Shown: one piece after another, positions 11,135 to 22,410 of the stretch
Position numbering within the stretch: position 1 is the stretch's first letter
Layout of the letters: every line of letters starts with the position of its first letter
Assembly (NCBI GenBank): GCA_964016885.1
Contig: OZ024741.1
Location: 195,672,001-195,736,000 of the forward strand
DNA: 64,000 nt
Source: Eledone cirrhosa
Taxonomy: Eukaryota
Direction: 5' to 3'
Program-made: the position numbers and the translations under genes
The notes under the pieces: generated by a model
Databases searched by the model: none
What the model was told of the DNA's origin: nothing
What the model saw: the letters and a program-made list of their open reading frames with translations, nothing else

Positions 11135-12898
11135 TATAACCAAATACGCAGCGTTCATGATAGAGTCAATAACTATAGTATAGAGAATTTCACTAAGAAA
11201 CACGGCCGTAGCGTTAACTACATGGGTGGTGGCGTAGAAGACCTACTGCATAATAAGGGTCAAGATACGGGCAATGGTAGCTGCTGTAGCCTACTAGAAT
11301 TATTCCCTACCTATAAGATTAACAATAGTGATGGCCTATTACCTACACCCTCCAATCGGCGTTTAGCTACACGTAAACATAACGGAAGGAAGGCGCGTGC
11401 ACCCAAGCATAAAGCGAAGGGGACGCGCAGTAGGCTTCAGCACAGTAGCAACAATAAGAACGGTTACCTAGCCAACACGACCCGTAACCGCCAACGTAAT
11501 GTCCTATGGTTCCATCCTCCCTACTCTTGGAGTGTGGCCTCTGACTTACCCAGGATATTCTTCGAAGCCTTAGAAAAGAACTTCCCACCCAACCATAAGT
11601 ACAGGAAAATCCCCAATAAGAACAATATTTAAATATCCTTCTCCACTACACCTAATCTAGCAGACATCATAGGGATAACTAATTACAGTAAGCTCACCAA
11701 AGCACGGCACCATAGCAGCGATAAGTCTAAACTTGACAGCAACCCTAATAGCTTTAACGTTTCCCTAGCAGCACCCGACAGTGTTGGCGGCAGCTCCAAC
11801 AGACGCAACCGACATAACCGCGGCGAGACTGGGGAACATACTGGTGACCTGTACGGGTCACGAGGCGGCAACAGAAGGCGCTGTGGCGTGCAAAGTGATT
11901 ATGATACTACCCCGCACGCCATAGGATATAATAGTACTAACTACAGAGATAGTGGCGGTGGCGTAGATAATAACATAGGTAGCGATAGTAATGGCCTTAC
12001 TTCGGGCACTAGAAGCCATCGTAGCGGCCGCGACCACAACCGATAATGCAACTGTTGAGATCAGGGAAGCTGTCCGCTCAGGGTAAGTTGCCTGACAGAT
12101 AATGTTATTTATAGGTGCACCATAACTAGCCATAATAGCGTCAAGCATTATATAGGGGCCACCTCTGGCTCGTTCAAAACTAGATTTCGAACACATCTCC
12201 ACTCTTCTAGAAACAAGAAGCTAAGATACTCCACGTCACTCGCCAACTACATCACAACATTAAAAGACTCCAACATTAGCTTCTCCACATACTGGGAAAT
12301 TGTCAGCAGGGCAACACCGTACAACTTCAATAGGAAGTGCGAGCTCTGCCTCATGGAACTTTATCATATCATAAGAGCACCCTTAGAGCTCATTAACAGC
12401 AGAGCAGAATCTGTGATAAACTGCAGACACAGAATACAGCAGTCGTTCTATGGTTGGACCCCGGTTGAGACCTGAACACCATAAACTGGGTCCCCCTGCA
12501 CCAAACCATAACGCGCCGGTGGGTAGGTTGCTTAACTAAACATCTGTACACCAACTATGCCTCTCAGATCCGGCCTGACTGGGCAATAGTAAAGTAGCAC
12601 CCATAAAATAGTAATGGAAAACAACCATCATGCGAGCGGATAATAAGCCATTTGGGGTCATTTATTCAAACACCGGCTAGAGTTACTCCCCTTGCTCTGT
12701 GACACTAACAACATGTCTGTTTGAACCAAGAATGAACTTTGATGTAACTATCACTTTAAAACCCCTTCTGGGTCCTGTACTGAACACTTTCTAGACTTGT
12801 ATGCCCTTGAGAAGCCCTGTTCGGGCGAAACATACGTAGGTGCTTTTGTATAAACATGTTCTAACAGTATGTATTCTCCTTTGTAATCCTTTCATTTA
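11135..12898 (+). mobile_element. Penelope-like retroelement, 3' part (linker, GIY-YIG endonuclease, 3' UTR), disrupted
   Basis: RNVLWFHPPYS...FPPNHKYRKIPNKNNI*ISFSTTPNL, then CLTDNVIYRCTI...HYIGATSGSFKTRFRTH, STSLANYI, WEIVSRATPY...CELCLME...INSRAESVINCRH. Flanked by (TA)n. The 5' boundary is approximate. Confidence 0.88.
12803..12843 (+). ncRNA. Minimal type I hammerhead ribozyme motif, U3-A8 core variant
   Basis: GCCC-TTGAGAA-GCCC(TGTTC)GGGC-GAAAC-ATAC-GTA-GGTGC: perfect 4-bp stem II, GAAA, 2-bp stem III, GUA triplet, bulged stem I. Located in the Penelope 3' UTR, where such motifs are known to occur. Confidence 0.7.
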
Positions 12899-13008
12899 TA
12901 TATATATATATATATAACGAAGGAAATGTGGTAAGGAACCAGGTGGACCATAACGCACCAAAGTACTCAATACTTAGGGTAGTAGAGGGGGTAATAGGAA
13001 CGAGTGAG

Positions 13009-13102
13009 ACCCCGACGGCTGAGCTCAAGCCGTTTCGACGGCTAATTCTGGACTAAATGAAAATTTATCCTGGTATTTGAATAGCTGAGCTTCTCAAGGG
13101 GT
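13009..13102 (-). ncRNA. Type I hammerhead motif (U3-A8 variant), left arm
   Basis: Reverse-complement counterpart of 14881-14974. Confidence 0.6.
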
Positions 13103-14440
13103 AATTCCATATATGGTCAAAGTGTTTGTCACAGGGATTGGTCAAAGTTAGTAGTTGAGACATAATAATTTTATGATGGCAAATTAGTGGGGGGAAGGAG
13201 TAGCTAAACCTGCCAGTAGGAGAAAGAGGGAGAGGGGGTGGAGTAGACCCATTCATGCGTTGGTAGTGCCGGCTACAGCTGGGCGTGAGGTCAGAGAAGA
13301 TACTAGGGAGGGGGAGGTGGAGGCAGTCGAAACGGTAGTTAGAACAATGAAGGGTAAATAATAAAATACTGAGAGTGTTAAAAAGTGAATAAAAGTTAAA
13401 AAAATAAACAATTTCTGGTGACTATGACCTAAGTCTATCGCTATTGCTAGGCTAAATAAGTAAATAAATAAATAAATAAATAAATATAAACTAGGTGGGA
13501 CGGAATAAAAAAGAGACCCTTTTAAGAGGTATAAGTACGTATATCATACGGTGATGGGTCAACAAAGGAGGGGCCAAAATACTAAAGAAACTACCACGAA
13601 ATAATTAATAAAAGTTTCTACCCCAGGCACAAGGCCAGCAACCACCCAGTGCAAAGAAGTAAACTAGTACGAAAAAATAATTCAGAGTCCCAAAAAAGAA
13701 TACTAATACTAACTCTAAGGGTACCGCCACGATACAGAAGTTCCTATACAAGCTACATGAAAGTTCGTACGAAGTAAAAGTAAAATACGGAAAATTAATT
13801 CAGAATCCCCCCCCCCCCCCCAAAAAAAAAGAATAAATACTGATAAACGAGAAATTAAAGCAAAGATGCCACTGAGAAATATAGATGGCACGGAAAAAAG
13901 GAGCAGCAGTCGGATAAGGGGGGCAAGTATCCGGGGTCTAACACATCTGCTATAAAAAGCGGAGTTGGCCAAATCTATCATGGAATAGGGGAAGGGGGGT
14001 GGGGGTACTGAGGCTACAAAGGACCGAGGGGCTGCCTCGGGTGGGCGAGAAAAAGACGACGACAAAGGAAAAGAACTGGGGTTATCAGTATTTATTCATT
14101 TTTTTTGGGGGGGGGGGATTCTGAATTAATTTTCCGTATTTTACTTTTACTTCGTACGAACTTTCATGTAGCTTGTATAAGAACTTCTGTATCGTGGCGG
14201 TACCCTTAGAGTTAGTATTAGTATTCTTTTTCGGGACTCTGAATTATTTTTTCGTACTAGTTTACTTTTTTGCACTGGGTGGTTGCTGGCCTTGTGCCTG
14301 GGGTAGAAACTTTTATTAATTATTTTGTGGTAGTTTCTTTAGTATTTTGGCCCCTCCTTTGTTGACCCGTCACCGTATGATATACGTACTTATACCTCTT
14401 AAAAGGGTCTCTTTTTTATTCCGTCCCACCTAGTTTATAT

Positions 14441-14495
<55 letters not shown>

Positions 14496-14880
14496 CTTAT
14501 TTATTTATTTATTTATTTACTTATTTAGCCTAGCAATAGCGATAGACTTAGGTCATAGTCACCAAAAATTGTTTTGTTTTTTTTTACTTTTATTCGCTTT
14601 TTAACACTCTCAGTATTTTATTTTTTACCCTTCATTGTTCTACCTACCGTTTCGACTTCCTTCCCCTCCCCCTCCCTAGTATCTTCTCTGACCTCACGCC
14701 CAGCTGTAGCCGGCACTACCAACGCATGAATGGGTTTACTCCACCCCCTCTCCCTCTTTCTCCTACTGGCAGGTTTAGCTACCCCTTCCCCCCCACTAAT
14801 TTGCCATCATAAAATTATTATGTCTCAACTACTAACTTTGACCAATCCCTGTGACAAACACTTTGACCAAATATGGAATT

Positions 14881-14974
14881 ACCCCTTGAGAAGCTCGGCC
14901 ATTCAAATACCAGGATAAATTTTCATTTAGTCCAGAATTAGCCGTCGAAACGGCTTGAGCTCAGCCGTCGGGGT
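14881..14974 (+). ncRNA. Type I hammerhead motif (U3-A8 variant) with long stem II, right arm
   Basis: Stem I ACCCC/GGGGT; core TTGAGAA (14886-92); stem II closed by G14893-C14946 but imperfect near its base; GAAA; stem III ACGGCT/AGCCGT with loop TGAGCTC; GUC triplet at 14967-69. Confidence 0.65.
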
Positions 14975-15820
14975 CTCACTCGTTCTTATATATATATATA
15001 TATATTATATTATATATATAAAACGGAAGATGTCTGTCTCTGTGTGTGTGTATGATTTTTATGCATTTCCACATTTCTCTATCGATTTTGATGGGTTTTT
15101 TCCCAATGTGCTCCAAATTTACCAAGGCTGGTCAACGCGTAATAAACTTTGCCAAAAATTTCCTGCTTCTATGAAAAAAAATCTCACTACTACCCTCAAA
15201 AATCTATGAAACTACATACATGTTGCAACTCTCTCTTTATATATATATATCACACACACACACACATATACATATACATCTAAAGGGAGATGTAGAGAGA
15301 GAGTGAGATAGGTCGTTATACAGAGAGAGGTAAAAGATAATCAGATAGAGAGAGAGAGAATGGCGACGAACGCTGGGTTCACACACACACACACACATAT
15401 ATATATAAAGACAGAGAGAGAGAGAGAGAGGGGGTATGAGAAAAAAGGGAGAGGGGTTGAGAAAGAAAGAAAGTTTAAGCAAATAATCGCTGCTTTCAAC
15501 ATTAACGAGATCTTCTTAAACTAAAAAATTCAATCTGTGAACGCAGAATTAAATATTTCGTTGCAACCAAAGGAAAACAGGAAGACGATATTTTAGTTCG
15601 TGAAGACGTTCCCTGGCAATGAACGGACAAAAAGCGAGAATAATACGTCGTTATGTGGACCGAGAAGAACAATTTCATGCAAAGACAAGACCAAGTTAAT
15701 GGTATAAATAAAGTCGTTAGACTAATATTCTATTTAAAATAACCGAATGATTTCCAGCCCCGGAGTTTAAGAATGATGTAAATAAAATTGTAAACGAAAA
15801 TGACAGAGGTTATTAAAATA

Positions 15821-15930
15821 GTTGTTTCTACTTTTGGCACAAGGCCAGCAATTACTCAGTACATTACTGGTACTTTATTTTATCAACCCCGTAAGGATGA
15901 AAGGCAAAGTTAACCTCGACGGGATTTTAA
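15821..15930 (-). mobile_element. SINE family 1 fragment
   Basis: Reverse complement of the 3' half of 4086-4268. Confidence 0.85.
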
Positions 15931-16389
15931 CTTTGCCTTAAAATAGTAAAAGTAAATAGTGAAGATTTAGGCCAGTACATACGTATGCGCCGACGGACAT
16001 ACACATACATATACATACGCACACACAAATACATACACACACACACACACGCGTGTGTGTGTGTAAACCTTATACATTTCTACAGTATTTTCACCAAACT
16101 TAAGACATAGGTTACTTATGTACTCCGGATGGTCATGGGCACTTTCATTTTTCCAGATATTGATTATAGGGCCTCCCGGCATATAACCCCCTTCAACCAC
16201 TTCCTTGGAGTCGACTGAAGCACTGCAGTGCAATGCAACAAAACGTCATAACTTCTGGAGTTCGCAACCGATTTTCACAAAACTTGACACATGGGCTACA
16301 TTTGTTCTACAGATGAATGTGAAAGGAACTTAACATTATAACTTTAACACAGCTACTGAGCAGCCCCGAGCAACGCCGGGCTTTACTGC

Positions 16390-16660
16390 TATAGGCGATA
16401 AAGTTGTGCAGACAGACAGTCGTGCAGAGAGGTGATATAGGCGATAAAATTGTGCAGACAGACAGTCGGGCTGATAGACGATGGAGGCATGCAGACAGAC
16501 AGTCGTGCAGAGAGGTGATAGGCGATAAAGTTGTGATGACATAGTCGAGCTGATAGACGATTGAGGCATGCAGACAGATAGTCGTGCAGAGAAGTGATAT
16601 AGGACATAAAGTTGTGCAGACAGACAGTCGTGCAGAGAGGTGATAGGAGATAAAATTGCA
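16390..16660. repeat. Short minisatellite (~40-47-bp units)
   Basis: ATAGGCGATAAAGTTGTGCAGACAGACAGTCGTGCAGAGAGGTGAT recurs with variants about five to six times. Confidence 0.85.
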
Positions 16661-17010
16661 TTTTTTTTTTTTGGTTTTTCATGTCCATCCAATTTCTTTG
16701 TTTCAAAATAACTGATATTTTGGTTACGCTGATGTTTTTCTCTGAGACAAGTGTTACAGTGTTTACATTTTCGATTTTTGTTAATAGATTACCAGTGCAG
16801 TTTTTATCGCCAGCATCCTCTTTTGTTTTAACATTCGGGTTATGGTTATGTTTTCTTAACTTCATAAGGCATACTGTTGGTTGAGGGAATATTAATCAAA
16901 AGTACCACATGAAAGTCTACACTGTAGACTCTACAGTTTTTAAGTCAAGAAAGGAACTTAACATTGTAACTTTAACACAGCTACTGAGCAGCCCCGAGCT
17001 TTACTGCTAG

Positions 17011-17057
<47 letters not shown>

Positions 17058-17081
17058 ATGCATATATATATGTGTGTATGC

Positions 17082-17127
<46 letters not shown>

Positions 17128-17239
17128 ATACATATATTTTTATGTGTATATGTATATATATGTATATGTGAGAGATATATTCTTTTAATGTTGCAATATT
17201 AAAGCAAATGTAAAGGAAGGGGTGAACAACCGAGCCAAC

Positions 17240-18716
17240 ACCAGAGCAAAAGACAGCAACGTCGCGAGGAGTACTGGGAAACCTCTCTAATGATTTTTTA
17301 GGCAAGCCAGCACACTCGCAGCGTTGCCTCAGGTGATGGCAAGGCTGATGCGCTGAAACAGCCAAGCTCCCTCGCGAGATTCGCCAGTTACCTCTATTAA
17401 GTGAGCCGCCAGTGAAGAGAGGAACCTCGCAGTCAGTGGCCCGACTCCGCCAAACGTCTCAAAAGCCACAGGCTGAAAAATGTAGCTGGCCGACAGAAGC
17501 TGTGGCTCTTGTCCTAACCGCAGCATCTAGGATGTGGGAAAGAGCAAAAGAGTCACTAACAGTGACGTCTCAGACAAGGCACCTGCCTCTCGACCAGGGT
17601 CACAGAGTAAGGCCATCTGGTCTTTTGCCGTCACTTCTGGACAACCCAGATGGTTCCAAGACAGGGGATATTCGCCCGGGCCAAAGCTCTCTTCAGAATG
17701 AGGTTTAGCTCCGTGTGACACGCGAAGTGGCCGGCAAGAAAGATCGTGGAGTCAAGGAGTTTGCCGCATTGGCACTTCAAACCCATGCAGACGTCAGCTC
17801 CCACTCTGAGGGCGATGGAGACACAAAGTTCGTCCAGGCTGAGTAGGCCACCAACGTTGGCCACGGGTAGGGCATCAACCCAGTCACCTGAGTATTTGGC
17901 GCTGGCAGAAGCAGCACCTGGCAAACTGATCCGACTGGATGAAGAGGGAGACAAAGGTGGCCTTCGAACTTATGCTGTCCCAAACTCTCTGACTTCGACT
18001 GTCCTCCACCTTCTCAGGAAGAGACAAGCCCAACTCACTCCATTGTTGGAGAGCTTCATCAAACTCCCTGTTGGAACTAGTCCATGTTGGAGAGGAGAGG
18101 CTGCTGCTCACCAGGGAGGAGCAAGCGTGGGTGGAGGAAAGGAAGTAGGGGAGAGAGAGGATGAACATTTATGAAGACCAAGACCCCCAAATCGCTTGGC
18201 CAATGCAGCCTGATCGCGGGTTTCTGGGGAGAGTCTAACATTGACCAGGCACTCGAGTCTCGAAGATTAGGTTGTCGAAGCGTTAGAAGCAGGACAGAAA
18301 TGTATGAGAGGGGTTGACCCTGAGCAAATACAGAAGCTCAGGAATAGAAAAGTAGTTCATGAGTATGAAGAAACCTTGATGGGGTTCGATAGCTTCAATA
18401 TTCTTCAGCAGCTGCTCAAGGCCAACCATCTTCGATTGAAAGATTGTCTCGAAGGCAAGGTTTGTAATTTGGGCTCCTAAGGGGCACCAAGCCGACGGGG
18501 GAGGGACCGCAATGGAAGGGAAGGACTCCGTAAACAGATCGATTATCTGTTGGTGTTGAGAAGCTGGGTGGTTGAGGATCCAGAGCTCACATTTGGAGCT
18601 ATTGACCGGGAGACCCCGACAGCCAAGCTCTTCAACTATTTTGTTAGCAGTGGCGAGAACCATATCCGGAGTTCCTCCCAAACAAGCGTTGTCAAGATAC
18701 CAGACGTTGAGTTCCA
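17240..18716 (-). mobile_element. CRE/R2-group non-LTR retrotransposon, 3' part (RT end plus restriction-like endonuclease), pseudogenised
   Basis: ELNVWYLDNACLGG, PELLYLLR, RFGGLGL, LKCQCG, RPDGLTL...DVTV, FQPVAFETFG, WLFQRISLAI. Frameshifts present. Confidence 0.85.
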
Positions 18717-19032
18717 ATATGTAAACTAAACGACTAACTCAAAGGAGACAACGTAGAAAAAAAATTACCGATTTTCCACCCATCTACCCGCTTATTTTGG
18801 ACTCGAGAGAAACACTAAATGTTTTTATTAGCTAGATGACACGAAAATTAACCAGAAAATGAAACTAAATTGGCAACTCTGCTTTTATTGGTTGATTTAT
18901 AATTTCTACTGACTCATATCCTGGTATATCGTTTTACTATCATCTTTTTATAACAAAATTGAATTGTTATTAAATATATACATAAATAACATTACAAATT
19001 GCTCACAATTCTTTCAGAATAACATTACAGAT
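18717..19032 (+). repeat. ~315-bp dispersed direct repeat, copy 2
   Basis: Matches 4268-4580. Confidence 0.9.
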
Positions 19033-19044
19033 GTTAACATTACT

Positions 19045-20195
19045 AACTATCACTTTGCTTGGCAGGCTTATTGGGAGCCCTCCTACCTCTCCTTTGATGA
19101 TCAAATCATCATCTCCGCCTCAGGAGTTCAACAGGGTGACCCGCTCTGTTTGCACTGAGTATTGCTGGGGGTTGAGCTGGATTTAAATGTTTGGTATCTT
19201 GATGACGCTTGTTTGTGGGGGACCTCCGGATAGGATTCTTACAACTGCTAATAAAATGATTGAAGAGCTTGGTCGTCGGGGTCTCCATGTCATTAGCTCC
19301 AAATGTGAGCTCTGGATTCTCAACCATCTAGCTTCTCAACATCAGCAGACAATAGACCTGTTTGCAGAGTCCTTCCCTTCCACTGCGGTGCCTCCCCCAT
19401 TGGCATGGTGCTCCTTGGGAGTCCCAATTACAGACCTAGCTTTTGAGTCAAATTTCTATTTCAAGATGGTTGGCCTTGAGCAATTATTGAAGAACATTCA
19501 GGCAATCGAGCCCCATCAAGGTTTTTTTATACTCAAGAATTACCTATTGATTCCTAAGCTTCTATATATTCTCAGGGTCAGCCCATCTCACAGACTTTTG
19601 TTCATGTCTTCAGCTTTTTGATGACCTTATCTGCGAGAGACTCTAGTGCTTGGTCAATGTCAGACTCTCTCCACAGTCCTGTGGTCAGGCTGCATTGCCC
19701 AAGCGATTTGGTGGTCTTGGTCTACGTAAATGTTCATCCCTCTCCCTCCCTTGCTTCCTTTCCTCCACACATGCTTGCTACACTTTGGTGAGCAACATCC
19801 TCTCTTTTTCAACATGGACTAGCTCCAACAGGGAGTTGGATGAAGCTCTTCTACAATAGAGAGAGTTGGGTTTGTCTGTTCCTAGCAAGGTGGAGGACAA
19901 ACGGAAACAGAGTTTGGGACCCCATACATTCGAAAGCTATCTTTGACTCCCTCTTCGACCTGTCAGATCAGTTCTCAAGGTGCTGCTTACTGTCTGCTAA
20001 CATCAAATACTCGGATGACTAGGTTGATGCGCCTCCCATGCTAACATCGGTGGCCTACTCAGCTTGGATGAGCTTTGTATCTCCATTGCCCTCAGAGTAG
20101 GAGCTGATGTCTGTATGGGTCTAAAATGTCAGTGTGGTAGGTTCTTCAACTCCACAGGCCTTCATGGTCTATCTTGCCATCTGGATGCCAGCTAA
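19045..20195 (+). mobile_element. Second CRE/R2-group copy, opposite orientation
   Basis: SASGVQQGDPL, LNVWYLDDA, PKLLYILR, LPKRFGGLGLR, LKCQCG. Homologous to but diverged from 17240-18716. Confidence 0.85.
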
Positions 20196-21049
20196 ACCTC
20201 ATCATAAATTAAATGCTGTATTTTGAAAACTTCCCTCAGCGATATTGTTGGACATTTGAAACTCTTTTGTCTTCTCTCTCTCTCTCCGTATCACTACTTG
20301 CCAACACTTCTCATCAGCATAAAATACCATGGCTGACAGCACAAGCAGGATGATTTTGTCAGAGATAAGAGTTACATATATATATTCTATTACATTCATA
20401 TATTATATCCTGGTCTTTCTAATCTTGCCTTTAAAATAAAAAACCTGACTCTCAAATAACACCTGTCCATCCCGTTTCTACAACTTTCCAGTCCCAAACA
20501 CCCTATAACATGACAAATGTTGATTCGCTACTTGTGGACCATAACTATGCTTAGAAAGACAAACAGGGATTCTTACAATGTTTGAGTGTATGGGAGAGCA
20601 GTGACTTCGAATGGGAGGGACTGCACGAGGTAGACATGGGTTCCATAAGCTGTAGTGAAGGCAACCAGTCTAGGAGGGCAGTAACACTGAAAAAAAAAAA
20701 CGACTGCTTGGGACAGACATGGACTCCGTAAGCTGTAATGCAACCCATCTAGGAGAGTAGACACTCTGAATAAAGTCCAGTAAGACAACCTTACTAGTGC
20801 TGGTGGCACAAATAATGCACCAAGTCCACATTGTAAAGTGGTTGGTAATAGGATGGGCATCCAGCCAGTAAAACCTTGCTAAAACTATGCAAAGTACAAC
20901 ACATAAATCTCTCATTCATTGCATATATAGGGCTAACACTATTCATGTTAGTGCTGTGCACGGTAGTTGGGTGGCCAGAGTAACCATGTGTGAGAACCCT
21001 TCAACCATCATCAAGCAATCGCACAGCCTTTTTCCCTTCTAGGTACAAA

Positions 21050-21385
21050 CAACAGCTACTCAAGGTACAAACCATGGTCAAGTTACAAATCTCAGGACTG
21101 CCTCCCTCAAAGTTGGTGCTCTGAAATATAAATCAGATAAAATTGTGGAAGAGAGAAGAGAACTAGATGTATGCTGTGTACAAGAAGTGAGATGGAGAGG
21201 TGCCTCAGCGAGACCACTTACATGCAAACAGCATTGATAAAAACTCTACTGGGTAGGAAATGACGATGGTGTATGTGGTGTAGGCATTGTGCTTGCTGAG
21301 AAATGGATAGATAAGATAACAGAAGTAGTTAGAGTAAGTGACAGAATTATCAAGCTTAGAATAGCTATAGGAAATATAATGGTGA
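21050..21385 (+). mobile_element. Old RTE LINE, AP-endonuclease N-terminal relic
   Basis: LDVCCVQEVRWRG, GVCGVGIVLAEKW, VVRVSDRIIKL. Further relics of the same kind at ~22655-23110 and 23757-23830 (MQFGF...STTDAIFLVRQLQEKF). Confidence 0.75.
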
Positions 21386-22410
21386 CATCATCACCGTTTT
21401 ACGTCCGTTCTTCCATGCTAGCATGGGTTAGACGGGTTGTCCTGTTGTGGGCAGTGTCCGATCGGCTGATCTTGTCTTGCTAATATGGGAACTGATTCTG
21501 GCTTGATCTCTACAGCTGGATGCCCTTCCTAACACTAACCTCATTTACAGTGATTGCTGGGTGCTTTTTTTCCGTGGCGCCTACACATCCACTTTACAGT
21601 GTCGGCTGGGTGTTTTTTGCTGTGGCACCTCCACAACCACTTTGCAGTGGGAGGGTGTGGGGGCGTATTGTCTATATGCTTCAGCTTTGGCTTGTACCCG
21701 TGGGGGATCGGGTCTTCTGTATTACTGCGTGATGCCAGAGGCCACGGTCGTGTGTCATCACCTTTGAGAGGTGTAATTGGGTAAGGTCGGCTTTTATCAC
21801 CTCATCCCAGGTCATCTTGGGTCTCCCGACTCTACAGTTTCCATCGACTTCTAGTGCGCTGCACCTTTTTATGCAGCTGTCATCCTTCACATGCATCACA
21901 TGTCCATACCAACGCAACCGCCTCTCCTGCACACAGCATTTGATTCCTCTTATGCTCAGTCTCTCTCTCAATTCATTTATGCTTTGCCGTTTGCGTATAT
22001 TACTATTACACATCCATCGGAGCATGCAGGCTTCGTTTCTTTCTAATCTGCGCAAGTCTTCTACAGACAATTCCCAGGTCTCACTACCATGTAACATTGC
22101 TGTTCGTATACACGCATCATACAGTCTGCTTTCATTTTGAGGGAAAAGCCTTTTGCAGCTAGCAGTGGTAATAGTTCCCTGAACTTCTTCCATCCCGTTC
22201 TTACCCTAGTTATTGTACTTTCCAAACACCCACCTCCGCTGTTAATTCGGTCACCTAGGTAGCAGAAGCTGTCTACTGTTTCTACAGAACCCGCCCAGAG
22301 TTTGGTGGTACTTGTTTCCTGTGGCTGTTTGCTGCTTGCTGTCCCAGCACAGCTGCTATATGTGAAGCCTACATTCTTAGTTAAGCTTCCTGAGATCCCG
22401 CTTACATTTA
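21386..22410 (-). mobile_element. RTE LINE (subfamily B) 3' end with long 3' UTR, nested in the older RTE
   Basis: RLYDACIRTAMLHGSETW, RLRWYGHVM, VGRPKMTW. The 3' UTR ends CCGTCTAACCCATGCTAGCATGGAAGAACGGACGTAAAACGGTGATGATG. Confidence 0.88.

Larger units (their letters stand above)
12916..14989. mobile_element. Non-coding Penelope-like pseudo-LTR element in inverted arrangement (arms ~12994-13846 and ~14081-14989)
   Basis: Arms are reverse complements, including (TAAA)n/(TTTA)n and C/G runs, and give the same peptide in ORFs 13065- and 14730+. Each arm carries a hammerhead motif. Flanked by (TA)n. Family assignment is inferred from the ribozyme and the inverted architecture. Confidence 0.7.
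15010..17011 (+). mobile_element. Probable non-autonomous Helitron with duplicated 3' end
   Basis: 5'-like TATATATAAAACGGAAGATGTCTGTCTCTGTGTGTG. 3' hairpin CCCGAGCAACGCCGGG...CTGCTA at 16363-16390, and a second copy of the same end (16951-17011) finishing CTAG|T. Confidence 0.5.

Noticed and set aside
16958-17365. ORFs across (TA)n/(TG)n tracts, also 15237-15482 and 27245-27651
   Set aside because: Microsatellite translations with no coding signal.
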